Source of the DNA: Macrostomum lignano
Lineage: Eukaryota
Length of the DNA stretch: 64,000 bases
Assembly (NCBI GenBank): GCA_002269645.1
Contig: NIVC01000995.1
Location: 310,001 to 374,000 of the forward strand
Direction: 5' to 3'
This document shows, in pieces, positions 10,849 through 24,800 of this stretch (its first letter is position 1; the number at the start of each line of letters is the position of its first letter). A program made the translations under genes and the position numbers. The notes under the pieces are model-generated. The model was not told where the DNA came from and made no database searches. It saw nothing but the letters and a program-made list of their open reading frames with translations.

Positions 10849-12016
10849 GCGTTTCAAGCTAAGAGGCGCGTCTCCAGCCTACTTGGACAGACTAAGCAAT
10901 CAAATCAGGCATCGGCAATGATTAAATCAAGTTTTATTTCAAAGCAATCTATAACACTTTTCTGGCGGCAGGTCCAGCGGAAGAAATCGATAACCAATAA
11001 ATAGACACAACAGCGGCGATTTCTGTGTTTAAGACTCGAGCGTATCTCAGAACTGTTATTCAATGTCAAAAAAGTCAATAAACTGGCTGTAGCAAACATA
11101 ATAAATTATGATGTGAGCCTTCGCTTTCAATTAATTTTATATACATACGCCTGCTTTGCTGAATAAATCATACGGGCTACGGATGAGGTGTGTTTGGTGC
11201 CTGGTAGTCTGTAGTCTGTCCTTCATCTGTTTTGCTTTCATTCTTTCAGTCATTCAGGACTTCAAATCTTCTGAACGAGCGCATTTTTGGCACTCCTAAA
11301 TAAATAAATAAGTAGCTACTTCAGGAGTATCCAATTCTGAACTGTCTGGCCTACCCAAATATGCGCGCCGTTGGTTTATCTACGAGTATTATATTTTAAA
11401 ATATAGCTTTCAATTGTTGTCTCTCTGGGTCGTCGGTCAGTGCCACTGAAATATGAATATCATTCATTGTCTAGGTATTTTTAAATCGCTTTTTGTCCCG
11501 TCTCAATATTCACAAACATATATCTGTATCTGTCTAGGAAAAAACCATTAGCTAGGTCTCTGGTCTCGGCTCTGTAACGACAGACAGTTATAAGTAGTCG
11601 TTACTGGGACAATCAATACAAACCGTACGTACGTGTCCTTTAAGACGCCGAATGTGGTGGCGGCTCTATACTTGGAATTCGCAAGGATGGCAGCTTTACC
11701 CAACAATCATTGATCTAGGAAGGCGGTTCTGATCTACTTGGTGAGCTGCGAAGGCGGCTGTGCAGTGATATACATCAACTCAGAGATATGGGATGACGGG
11801 AACTCTTCGTTAATAATCTGGCAAGCTGGTTAAGGAAATTTCGGCTTTTTAGCCAAAGTTACAGCCGAGTTACTAAATACGCGTGCACTTATGTATAATA
11901 GCTACAGCTACGTGCAACGTATGCCTTTCGCATCATAACTATTCAACAAGTTGACCATTTTTCGCTGGCATAATTTATCGCAATGAAACAATCCGCATTC
12001 TATTGTACCAATAAGC

Positions 12017-12319
12017 CAGGGGTTGGCAAAATCCGGCCCGCGAAGCCTCTCTATCCGGTCCTCAGGTCCTTTGAAACTTCACGATAACAATCCCGTCCGC
12101 TCAAGGTTTGCGTCTCTTCTCAGCTCCCTTCTCTATATTCTCCTTTCTCCTCTCTCTTTTCTCCTCTTTCCTTCTCTTCTCTACTTTCTCTCCTATACTT
12201 TTCTTTACCATCTCATCTCTTTTCTCACGTCCTCTCCTCCACTCTCTCCTCCTCTGGCCTGCAGTCATGCGCTATGTTCTCTATCTGGCCCTGGAGGTAA
12301 AAAAGATTGCCGACCCCTG
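12017..12319. mobile_element. hAT-family MITE
   Basis: TIRs caggggttggcaa / ttgccgacccctg; perfect 8-bp TSD caataagc (12009-16, 12320-27); CT-rich non-coding interior. Confidence 0.92.
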
Positions 12320-12904
12320 CAATAAGCCATACGCTAATACCGACAGCCCTAATTTAAATTGATTGTCACCACACCGATTTTAAAGACTCCCACAGACTCC
12401 TCGGTAGCAGCAGCAAGCGACGCTGTGTTCAAGCAAACTTGCCCTTGTTCCCGTACGATAAGCAAACACAAAACGGATGCCCTTGCTCACTCAAACAATC
12501 GCTATTGGACAATGGGAATTTATTTCATTTAGCGGAGAAAATTTCCAGAGTCAGTTCTTTTACATGCGGGCTACGCCGAAGGAAAAGCTGAAATGGAAAC
12601 GGGACTCTATATGCTGCAGCGCTCATTTTGCTCATTAGCTAGCTCATTGAAAAATTCAAATCCCATGGCCTATTTGCAGGAGGCAAAGCTAAGCTAAACA
12701 TGGAATTAGATAAGAGAATTTCAAACGAAACGCATTCAAGCGACATCGTTACACAGCTGGCAAACACAATTATACCTATTTATAGTTTCTGAGAAAGCAA
12801 TTCTGAAATTCTGAACAGCGAAGCGACATCGACTTCTTCGTCAGGGTTTGTACACTGACTATATTTTAGGGCTCTAAACTTTATATTCTTTCTAATGCCC
12901 GGCT

Positions 12905-13945
12905 TTTCTTTTTACTCCCCGCTTCCCCTTTCTACTCCACGCTTCCCCTTTCTACTCCACGCTTCCTCTTTCTACTCCCCGCTCTCCCTTTCTACTCCCC
13001 ACTTCCCCTTTCTACTCCCCACTTCCCCTTTCTACTCCCCACTTCCCCTTTCTACTCCACGCTTCCCTTTCTACTCCCCGCTTCCTCTTTCTACTCCCCG
13101 CTTCCCCTTTCTACTCCCCGCTTCCCCTTTCTACTCCCCGCTTCCCTTTCTACTCCCCGCTTCCCTTTCTACTCCCCGCTTCCCCTTTCTACTCCCCGCT
13201 TCCCTTTCTACTCCCCGCTTCCCCTTTCTACTCCCCGCTTCCTCTTTCTACTCCCCGCTTCCCTTTCTACTCCCCGCTTCCCTTTCTACTCCCCGCTTCC
13301 CTTTCTACTCCCCGCTTCCCTTTCTACTCCCCGCTTCCCCTTTCTACTCCCCGCTTCCCTTTCTACTCCCCGCTTCCCCTTTCTACTCCCCGCTTTCTCT
13401 TTCTACTCCCCGCTTCCCCTTTCTACTCCCCGCTTCCCTTTCTACTCCACGCTTCCTCTTTCTACTCCACGCTTCCTCTTTCTACTCCACGCTTCCTCTT
13501 TCTACTCCCCGCTTCCCTTTCTACTCCCCGCTTCCCTTTCTACTCCCCGCTTCCCTTTCTACTCCCCGCTTCCCTTTCTACTCCCCGCTTCCCTTTCTAC
13601 TCCCCGCTTCCCTTTCTACTCCACGCTTCCTCTTTCTACTCCCCGCTCTCCCTTTCTACTCCGCGACTCCCCGCTTCCCCTTTCTACTCCCCGCTTCCCT
13701 TTCTACTCCCCGCTCTCCCTTTCTACTCCCCACTTCCTCTTTCTACTCCCCACTTCCCCTTTCTACTCCCCACTTCCTCTTTCTACTCCACGCTTCCTCT
13801 TTCTACTCCCCGCTTCCCCTTTCTACTCCCCACTTCCCCTTTCTACTCCACGCTTCCTCTTTCTACTCCCCGCTTCCCCTTTCTACTCCATGCTTCCCTT
13901 TTCTACTCCTCACTTCTACTTTTTACTTCCTACTTCTCTACTCCA
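12905..13945. repeat. Pyrimidine-rich 19-20-bp minisatellite
   Basis: Unit ttctactccccgcttcccct with variants. Confidence 0.95.
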
Positions 13946-14604
13946 CTTAGATTTACACTTTTTAAACTCGATTCGAGGACAACAAAAAGCAAATGCTTTG
14001 CTTTGAAAGTATCGAAAAAATTAAAGAATTGACTCAAACAAAGACTAACATCATGAGGCGCATATTTTGTACAATTCACCCAATCAATAGGGCAGGAGGC
14101 AGGGGCTCGTGGTGAAATTAATGAAGCGGCAATTTTATTAGGAGGCAAAAATGATGGAATAAAGCCGTAAGCATATTTGAAACCATAATTTGAATTTTTC
14201 ATTTTCAGTCTCCAATCTGCCTCGCTCGAATTTAATCTATTGATTGACACTGCGCAGCTCGAGAGCTGCAGTTGCTATGCTTAAAGCTCTTTGCCAGATT
14301 GCTTCACGGGTCGCGCGCGCCTTTCATTCGTATAGCAACCCGATAAGCCTGGCGCAGGTCCGCCTAACCAGAATTACTCAATCCAACGCATTCCTGCAAA
14401 TCAACTGCGAGTGGCACCGAAGATATCCTCAGCTCCCACCTCACGGCTCAGCTCTCTCGCCAAAATCTAATGCCGAGATCCGGCCAGCAGCCTATGTGAT
14501 GGGATCAAGATCCTCTTTTTCTACTTTATTCTCAAATGCCACAAAATCCATCTTGAAGTTTGAGGTCTACACCTCACATCAGCTCTTCTTCTGCTAAGGA
14601 CCTT

Positions 14605-15440
14605 TGCTCTGTCTCCCTCTCCTGCATATGCATCCTCTGTCTCCCTCTCTCGCCTCTGCATCCTCTATCTCCCTCTCTCGCCTCTGCATCCTCTATCTCC
14701 CTCTCTCGCCTCTGCATGCTCCATCTCCCTCTCCTGCATCTGCATCCTCTGTCTCCCTCTCTCGCCTCTGCATCCTCCATCTCCCTCTCCTGCATCTGCA
14801 TCCTCTATCTCCCTCTCTCGCCTCTGCATTCTCCATCTCCCTCTCTCGCCTCTGCATCCTCCATCTCCCTCTCCTGCATCTGCATCCTCTGTCTCCCTCT
14901 CTCGCCTCTGCATCCTCTGTCTCCCTCTCTCGCCTCTGCATCCTCTGTCTCCCTGTCTCGCCTCTGCATTCTCCATCTCCCTCTCTCGCCTCTGCATCCT
15001 CTGTCTCCCTCTCTCGCCTCTGCATCCTCTGTCTCCCTGTCTCGCCTCTGCATCCTCCATCTCCCTCTCCTGCATCTGCATCCTCTGTCTCCCTCTCTCG
15101 CCTCTGCATCCTCCATCTCCCTCTCCTGCATCTGCATCCTCTGTCTCCCTCTCTCGCCTCTGCATCCTCTGTCTCCCTCTCTCGCCTCTGCATCCTCTGT
15201 CTCCCTGTCTCGCCTCTGCATCCTCCATCTCCCTCTCCTGCATCTGCATCCTCTGTCTCCCTCTCTCGCCTCTGCATCCTCCATCTCCCTCTCCTGCATC
15301 TGCATCCTCTGTCTCCCGCTCTCGCCTCTGCATCCTCTGTCTCCCTCTCTCGCCTCTGCATCCTCTGTCTCCCTCTCTCGCCTCTGCATCCTCCATCTCC
15401 CTCTCCTGCATCTGCATCCTCTGTCTCCCTCTCTCCCCTC
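14605..15440. repeat. Pyrimidine-rich compound minisatellite
   Basis: Interleaved units ctctctcgcctctgcatcctctgtctcc and ccatctccctctcctgcatctgcatc. Confidence 0.95.
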
Positions 15441-16013
15441 TGCATGCATCGATCAGCTGTGTAGCGTTACAGACTTCTATTATTTCTTTATCACCGGATT
15501 CATAAGCACACGTACGCATCTGTAATGCATTACGCATTAGACAAGTGAACAAATTAAATAAATAATAGTGTATTCGAGCAAGCCTAACTACTTTCAATAT
15601 TATAATGCAGAAGCCAAAACAGCACAATTTTTTGAATGGATTAATGAAAAATTCAGATAGTATGAATAGATACGCTCGTACAGTGATGATGCTGGTTGTA
15701 ACTAAATAACCAAAATGAAAGCAAAACAGAGTAAAACTAAAAGTGGAAGATGGACACCAAGAATCGCATTGAATTTAATTAGTACTTATTTACATACTAC
15801 AATTTCTAAACAAAACTTCAACGCACCACACCGAAAAATCAATAATTAGAATAAACTACAAGAAACAACTGCACACAGGAAAGTTAGATGGGTGCACTGT
15901 GTAACCTGGCTCTGACACCCAAGGCTTACCGGTATAATTGTGGTGTCAGAGAAGAGAGGACACGGGAGAGAAGAGACATGACAGTTTAAATTTACAATGA
16001 GAATGAAAGCCGA

Positions 16014-16577
16014 TCAGGTAAAGCTTGGGAGGCGCAGCGGTCTGCCATAGCGCAGGCAGGTGACTCGAGGCCTCACCACAGTCAGTGGACGCAGGCTGGT
16101 GGGGCCTCTGCCGCCAGAGACAGAAGAATGCTTCGAGTCCGCACTGGAATAGGTGGCACCAATTTGGTCACAGTTGTCATAGATAGGCAGCTCAGCTTTC
16201 ATGCACTGCATGATGCCAGGCGAGATGTCCAGCTGGCGCAGCAGGCTCACAGACAGAGGCGCGGCGGCTTGGCTCCATTCATCATTATTGACAGCATCAT
16301 AAATGTCACTGTGAGTTTCCTCAGCTTCAAAGCTATCATTGATACTGTCGCTGCTATTATACAGTGCAGAGTGCTGAGGGGGTGGCAATGCTTCCATACT
16401 GTCTGAGCCAATGCTGCTGCTGGCTTGACTGCCAGTTGTGGAGAAATCCAGTTCCAATGGCAAGATGCCAAATGATAAGCGACTGCTGCTGGCTACATAT
16501 CCAATTTGTCCAAATGAAGATGGTTTAGAATTTTGATGGTAAATACTAGAAGAGGTGTATGTACCTGATGATGACAT
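16014..16577 (-). CDS. Possible orphan ORF or terminal exon (187 aa, Ser-rich, Tyr motifs)
   Basis: 564-bp non-repetitive open frame next to a very AT-rich stretch; candidate acceptor catcag|gtac near 16564; no recognisable domain. Confidence 0.4.
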   Translation of the reverse strand: MSSSGTYTSSSIYHQNSKPSSFGQIGYVASSSRLSFGILPLELDFSTTGSQASSSIGSDSMEALPPPQHSALYNSSDSINDSFEAEETHSDIYDAVNNDEWSQAAAPLSVSLLRQLDISPGIMQCMKAELPIYDNCDQIGATYSSADSKHSSVSGGRGPTSLRPLTVVRPRVTCLRYGRPLRLPSFT

Positions 16578-18857
16578 TGCATGAATAGAAAAGATCAATA
16601 GAGAAATTAAGTCAATTGAAAATGTTTTCTTGTTGTTCTATATAGTTTCAATTTAATTCTGATAGTCAAATATTCATAAAGTCAAGAGATTGAATGTAAA
16701 AAGGCCAATTATTATGTTCAAAATGCTATTTAGTATTTAAAACTTTCTAGGCTTAGGCCTACTTGGAGTAAAAATAATAATTAGTTCTTCATTATCAAAA
16801 GTTCTTGACTTGAAGATATAACTTTTGGTTAAGGCAAATTAATAAAAAAGAATTTTACTTTAAGATAAATAAATATAATAAGTAAAACAAAACATTATGA
16901 TCAAGGAAACTAAAAATATCAATAAAACAGATACTATTGTTAAAGATATAGAGTGCAGCATTAGTAGGCCTAATAAATAAAAATCATACAAAATCAAAAA
17001 TATATAATAATAAAAAAAGAAATATTTTAACTTGTTTATGACTTTTTAAAGCTAGATAGGCCTATATGATTTTGAAACAAAGTTATAATACAATTTAAAT
17101 TAAAATTTTTAACACTCATTATAAGTTAGAACTATTGGGTTAAAATTCAAGCTCTTATTATGTTAGAGTTTGAATTTTATAGAATAATAAAACATTATTC
17201 ATAGATAATTCTCTTGTATCTTGACTTAGCAACCACCCAAAAGAACTTACAATACAATCACAATATCACATCTCTAAGATATACATGTGTTTTACAAGCT
17301 TGTTCCAGTTGTACTAAGAAATTTCAATTTTCGTTTTAGTCCTGTAGCCTATAATATAAGCCTCTGTAGTAGGTCTACTAAAACTGATTGAAATTTGTAA
17401 TGAGCAAGTATTATCATAATACAACAAAGAAAATATACATTTGCATCCTTATAAGAACTATAAACAAGCAACCAACACCAACTACGACTAGCAAGTCCGC
17501 ATCATATGTCATCAGCAGTCATAGTGACAGAATACACGTGGCAAGATCTCCAACTTTGCCAACTCTGACGTGTCAATTATGAATTTCTTTCTAAGAAAGT
17601 GTAAATATAAATCAAACACGTGCAAGTGCACGTGCTCAACTAAACAGCTGATTCGAGCATTATTGTAGAATATTACGCCTTAAATCCATTTAAATACAAA
17701 AAGATGCTCAAAGTAGACATATTTTTACTCAAATACTTTACGCTTTATCATAGACCAACGAAAATATCCACGATAATTAAATTTCGAGCGTATAAACTAA
17801 GTACGCTCGACCAAAAGAGGGCCCTGACGATTCAATGACGGAAAACGCCTTACAAATTGTTGAAATGTTTTTGAAAGAAGATGCACGTCGTGTATTTTGC
17901 AATTGGTTGTTTATCAATTCATAATATTATATATTTCTTTCGGTTTTTTAAACTCATACAAGCTAATTGAAGCTTTATTCTGAGACTGTTTAATTCATCT
18001 AGCTTCAAAGCCCACTTCACCGCGGTAGAATGACTATAAAATAGCAACAATCCGAAATAATTGGATCAATCTTTGAGGAGTGTATACAGGATTCTTGTTT
18101 ATTTTATGATTCGGAGCAGAAATACATAATAAATGTTACTAAATAATTAAATAATTAAATAAAAAAGGTTACATAATACATAAATATGTAACCTGTTACA
18201 TATCCCGTATTGAAGGTCAATGCACATAACATACACCTGTACACATTAAAAAAACTGACATGCAATTCATTCAGCTGTATTTACCGCTTTTTTCTCCCTA
18301 TTAACATGCTTTTTATTTATTTACATGGATAAGACTTAAGTTAAAAGCTAAATCTTGATTTAAATCACAGAGACAGCTAGCATGTTTACGAGTATTGTTC
18401 CAAGTTTCTGCTATAGCTAAAGCAACACTGCACTGCCAGTCGTAAACAGGAAATCGTGTTTCCAGCTCAATTCTGCCAAAAATGCAGAAAGAATCACAAT
18501 GGGTAAAGCAGCGAATAATGTTACATACTGTAGATGAGCACTGTCTGCTCCCTCCGACTCATTTTCGGAACAGTATTTCAGTGACAAGCAGCAGCAAGCA
18601 AAGTGAGTTCAATCTACGAAAGTGAGGTCTGAATACCCGCTTGAGAAGTTGTGTGCGTTTGAGCACAGCTGCATTCAGTTAAATGTGCATGGCATAGAGT
18701 GTACAGTGTAGATGCAGCTTCACTGGGCCGGGGGTATATTTATAAGCCACCTAGCTCGTATAGGTGGAAAGAGCTCCACAGTGAAACAAAAACAAGTTTG
18801 AAAAAAAGCTTTACGTGCCCGCAGCTTGAACGCAGCTAAGGAGGCCAGTGCGAAACA

Positions 18858-21800
18858 ATGTCGCAGCCAAATCCCGGATTCTTGAGATCTCTGTTTGCGA
18901 CAATTCTACTGCTGACTATTGCGGCATCTGCGGCTAAGTCGCAAACTATCAAGATTGGTAGGGAAAACTTTCAATTGCTGATCCTTTTACTGCCGAAAAT
19001 GTTTTTTATCTAGAAAAACTACTAACCAGCTTCTCTAAGAAACACAGCGCTCCCCTTCGTCCAATTCAGCATCAAATCTTTACATTCCCAAGAGGTTGGA
19101 AATAACGAAGCCCGACGAGGCGCGAAGACAATTATTATTGGGCGAATAAATTATTATATAGATAAATTTTCTGATCGGTTTTTGATCTCGAACGAGCTCG
19201 TGAGATTATTGCCGCTGGCCTGCACTGTCACGAATTTTGCGACAGCAGGACCTGCTCTGTGCGAATCCGGGATTAGCGCTCGACAAGGCGCTTCTTTTGC
19301 GCTGCTGCAGGGCCTTTTCTAGTGGGATAATTTCTTTCCCCTTCCAGCCCCCTTGCCAGCCCCGATGGCCAGGCGGGTTGAAGGCAGCTCATCTGGAAAC
19401 TGGGCCAAACAGACGAATACAGCGGTGCCAATAATGAATTACAACCTGGAGGCGCAGTCGCAATTCAAAACGCTCGCCAACCGGAAAGACGAACGCCGTT
19501 CACGCTCTGGCTTGCGCTATTATTTTTCCTGGAAAAGATGGGGGGAGAAAATAAAAAAACGCACGCCCCCGTTCCGACTGGCACCGATTCAAGTCGCGTC
19601 CAAATCCCCAGATTTATTTTAATTTATTGAAGAAAATTTGGCATTCAGTATTTTGCAAAATTTATTGCTTCTGGGGCGTTTGCATAGCGCGATGAGTCCG
19701 AATGAGGAACACATTCGCGCGGTAACTAAGCTATCTTTCGAGGCTTTGAGACATGATTTTATAACCCTCCGACCCGAATGCAGGTGTGCACAACGATGTG
19801 AAGATTTTGAACTCTCTAACCAGCTTGAACAGTTCCGAGGTGGCCAGATTATTCAACATCACTTTTATAAATGTCAGCAGTTTCCATTTAGGCCCCGACC
19901 CGGAGACTCTGGTCCAGGTGCGCTCCTGTAAGTTTCTGTCGTGCTTTCAAATGCAAACTTTTTCAGAGGGCATAAGGAAAAACACAGGAGTGTCATACAA
20001 AGTAGAAACAGCTGGGTGTCACTAGAAACAGCGGGGTGTCACTAGAAACAGCTGGGTGTCACTAGAAACAGCTGGGTGTCACTAGAAACAGCTGGGTGTC
20101 ACTAGAAACACAGGGGTGTCACTAGAAACACAGGGGTGTCACTAAAAACAGCTGGGTGTCACTAAAAACAGCTGGGTGTCACTAGAAACAGCTGGGGGTC
20201 ATTAGAAACAGCTGGGTGTCACTAGAAACAGCTGGTTTCACTAGAAACAGCTGGGTGTCACTAGAAACAGCTGGTTTCACTAGAAACAGCTGGGTGTCAC
20301 TAGAAACAGCGGGGTGTCACTAGAAACAGCAAGGTGTCACTAGAAACACAGGGGTGTCACTAGAAACACAGGGGTGTCACTAGAAACACAGGGGTGTCAC
20401 TAGAAACACAGGGGTGTCACTAAAAACACAGGGGTGTCACTAGAAACACAGGGGTGTCACTAAAAACACAATGGTGTCACCAGAAACACAGGGGTGTCAC
20501 TAGAAGCACAGTGGTGTCACTAGAAACACAGGGGTGTCACTAAAAACACAGGGGTGTCACTAGAAACACAGGGGTGTCACTAAAAACACAGGGGTGTCAC
20601 TAAAAACACAGGGGTGTCACTAGAAACACAGGGGTGTCACTAAAAACACAGGGGTGTCACTAGAAACACAGGGGTGTCACTAGAAACACAGGGGTGTCAC
20701 TAAAAACACAGGGGTGTCACTAAAAACACAGGGGTGTCACTAAAAACACAATGGTGTCACTAGAAACACAGGGGTGTCACTAGAAACACAGGGGTGTCAC
20801 TAAAAACACAGGGGTGTCACTAGAAACACAGGGGTGTCACTAGAAACACAGGGGTGTCACTAAAAACACAGGGGTGTCACTAGAAACACAGGGGTGTCAC
20901 TAAAAACACAATGGTGTCACTAGAAACACAGGGGTGTCACTAGAAACACAGTGGTGTCACTAGAAACACAGGGGTGTCACTAGAAACACAGTGGTGTCAC
21001 TAGAAACACAGGGGTGTCACTAGAAACACAGGGGTGTCACTAAAAACACAGGGGTGTCACTAGAAACACAGGGGTGTCACTAAAAACACAATGGTGTCAC
21101 TAGAAACACAGGGGTGTCACTAGAAACACAGGGGTGTCACTAAAAACACAGGGGTGTCACTAGAAACACAGGGGTGTCACTAGAAACACAGGGGTGTCAC
21201 TAAAAACACAGGGGTGTCACTAAAAGCACAGGGGTGTCACTAAAAACACAGGGGTGTCACTAAAAACACAGGGGTGTCACTAAAAGCACAGGGGTGTCAC
21301 TAAAAACACAGGGGTGTCACTAAAAACACAGGGGTGTCACTAAAAACACAGTTGAGTGTCACTAGAAACAGCGGGGTGTCATTAGAAACAGCTGAGGTGT
21401 CACTAGAAACAGCTGGGGTGTCACTAGAAACACAGGGGTGTCACTAGAAACACAGTGGTGTCACTAAAAACACAGGGGTGTCACTAGAAACACAGGGGTG
21501 TCACTAAAAACACAGGGGTGTCACTAGAAACACAGGGGTGTCACTAAAAACACAGGGGTGTCACTAGAAACACAGTGGTGTCACTAAAAACCCAGGGGTG
21601 TCACTAGAAACACAGGGGTGTCACTAGAAACACAGGGGTGTCACTAGAAACACAGGGGTGTCACTAAAAACACAGGGGTGTCACTAGAAACACAGGGGTG
21701 TCACTAAAAACACAGGGGTGTCACTAGAAACACAGGGGTGTCACTAGAAACACAGGGATGTCACTAAAAACACAGGGATGTCACTAAAAAGCAGCGCAAT

Positions 21801-24800
21801 TGTGAGAGAGGAATTTTCAGGAAAGAATCGCGAGGGACGAATTGTCAGAGAGGAATTGTCAGAGAGTAATTGTCAGATAGGAATTGTCAGGGAGAATTTG
21901 TCAGAGAGTTTCATGCAATGTTCAACTGTGAAGCAGCTGGAGACTGCAATTGTCTTCATAAAGACACGGTCACACCGACAAACTTTGGTCAGACTTGGAA
22001 TCGGTCAGGTCGAACCCGCCGCACCTGATCATCGGCGGCTACAATGGCACAGTGTCAGCCATTGCCAGCGAGCTGGGCATTCCGTACTATTGCACCAGCC
22101 CGAGCCATCAGAGCCCGCTGCTGATGGACGCAACCTACCTGAATGCCAGCTCGCTGCTGCTCATGAACTCTTACATGGAAGACATGATTGCGGCGGCCCA
22201 GCAGCTCACTAACTCCATCATTCAGCGGCAGGCTTTGATTGTGGTTACCGATGACATCAGTGACAGTGAGTGATAAGTGTTTAACAATCATGAGTGAGAG
22301 TGCTCTGGGTGACAATGTCCTGAGTGACAGTGTCCTGAGTGACAGTGTCTTGAGTGACAGTGTCCTGAGTGACAGTGTCCTGAGTGACAGTGTCCTGAGT
22401 GACAGTGTCCTGAGTGACAGTGTCCTGAGTGACAGTGTCCTGAGTGACAGTGTCCTGAGTGACAGTGTCCTGAGTGACAGTGTCCTGAGTGACAGTGTCC
22501 TGAGTGACAGTGTCCTGAGTGACAGTGTCCTGAGTGACAGTGTCCTGAGTGACAGTGTTCTGAGTGACAGTGTCCTGAGTGACAGTGTCCTGAGTGACAG
22601 TGTCCTGAGTGACAGTGTCCTGAGTGACAGTGTCCTGAGTGACAGTGTCCTGAGTGACAGTGTCCTGAGTGACAGTGTCCTGAGTGACAGTGTCTGAGTG
22701 ACAGTGTCCTGAGTGACAGTGTCCTGAGTGACAGTGTCCTGAGTGACAGTGTCCTGAGGGACAGTGTCCTGAGTGACAGTGTCCTGAGTGACAGTGTCCT
22801 GAGTGACAGTGTCCTGAGTGACAGTGTCCTGAGTGACAGTGTCCTGAGGGACAGTGTCCTGAGTGACAGTGTCCTGAGTGACAGTGTTCTGAGTGACAGT
22901 GTCCTGAGTGACAGTGTCCTGAGTGACAGTGTCCTGAGTGACAGTGTCCTGAGTGACAGTGTCCTGAGTGACAGTGTCCTGAGTGACAGTGTTCTGAGTG
23001 ACAGTGTCCTGAGTGACAGTGTTCTGAGTGACAGTGTCCTGTGTGAGTGTGGTGATTATGCATAACTATTCAGAGTTTATGATTAATTGTGCCAATTTGC
23101 AATGGTTCCAGGCGTGAATTTCCTGCTGAACTCGCTGTCCGACCAGGCCCTGCACATGGTACTTCTGAACGGTTCTATTCGCGATTCGCTGTACAATGCC
23201 AGTCTTAAATTCAACATTAGCTCGGCAGTGTTCCAGACAATGTTCACGTCCGACCTCATGCTCGAGGCCCTACTGCCTGAAGTGAGCGGCACTCTGGTTA
23301 CAACGCGGGGTGTTGAATAGCAAAGAATAACAATACGTATCGTTAGTGAATCAAATTATTAAATAATAACTAGTCACAATCACACACCACTTCTTCAGGC
23401 TGCCCGGCTGAGTCTAATGAAAAATGTATCGTTCTGGATCATCACAGACTTGGTGAGTGACTATGAGATGTGCTCAGTCTCTAACCCAAGCCCCCGTCTT
23501 AAATAGAAAGTAATTCCTCTGTCTTAAGTCATGACAATGATCTTCATTGTGTTGCTGTGTTCTGTTGTCGCTGAAAAAGCAATCAAATTAAGTCGCCACT
23601 CCGCTCCCGCAGTTTCCCAACAGCAGTCAGCTGCTGGCGTACCGCAGAACGGGCTGCACAATGTTCTCCTTTGCGCTGCAGTCTGCAGCGTCCAATGTGA
23701 CGAGTCCTGATGCCCTGACGCTGGCGATGGCGCAGGACGCAATTAATCACTACCTGAAGGTGGTCGATGGTGGCCGTTTGTCATTCGATCTGTCGAGAGC
23801 GCTATTGGTAAACAAATAACTGTACAATCTCTGAATTCCTGTTTATTTAATTGGTTCCAACGCTTGTAAACGCATAAAAGCAATAAATATCCAACTCAGA
23901 CAAGCTACAATGGAATACTGGGCCAACTGCACTTTAGTTCCGGCACCAGACGGAATTTGTACAGCCAGCTCAATACAATGATGACGTCATACAGGCTTCC
24001 CTACTTGGAAGAGGTGATGCATGAGGCTTGTGTTGTGATTTGCGATTCTGGCTTCTGATCTTTAGCTCCTCTGCTGGTTTCACAACCAAGCCACCAGATC
24101 CCCAACCAAGCCACCAGATCCCCAACCAAGCCACCAGATCCCCAACCCAGCCACCAGATCCCCAACCCAGCCACCAGATCCCCAACCAAGCCACCAGATC
24201 CCCAACCAAGCTACCAGATCCCCAACCCAGCCACCAGATCCCCAACCAAGCCACCAGATCCCCAACCAAGCCACCAGATCCCCAACCCAGCCACCAGATC
24301 CCCAACCAAGCCACCAGATCCCCAACCCAGCCACCAGATCCCCAACCAAGCCACCAGATCCCCAACCCAGCCACCAGATCCCCAACCAAGCCACTAGATC
24401 CCCAACCAAGCCACTAGATCCCCAACCCAGCCACCAGATCCCCAACCAAGCCACCAGATCCCCAACTAAGCAACCAGATCCCCAACCAAGCCACCAGATC
24501 CCCAACCAGCCACCAGATCCCCAACCAAGCCACCAGATCCCCAACCAAGCCACCAGATCCCCAACCAAGCCACCAGATCCCCAACCAAGCCACCAGATCC
24601 CCAACCAAGCCACCAGATCCCCAACCAAGCCACCAGATCCCCAACCAAGCCACCAGATCCCCAACCAAGCCACCAGATCCCCAACCAAGCCACCAGATCC
24701 CCAACTAAGCAACCAGATCCCCAACCAAGCCACCAGATACCCAACCAAGCCACCAGATCCCCAACTAAGCAACCAGATCCCCAACCAAGCCACCAGATCC

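Noticed and set aside
17824-17850. ctgacga...gaaa as a second hammerhead
   Set aside because: No convincing stem II closing pair and no stem I/III or NUH site.
19237-19500. QQDLL..PGLALDKA...CRA resembling a Gypsy gag fragment
   Set aside because: Too short and degenerate to support by eye; needs a profile search.
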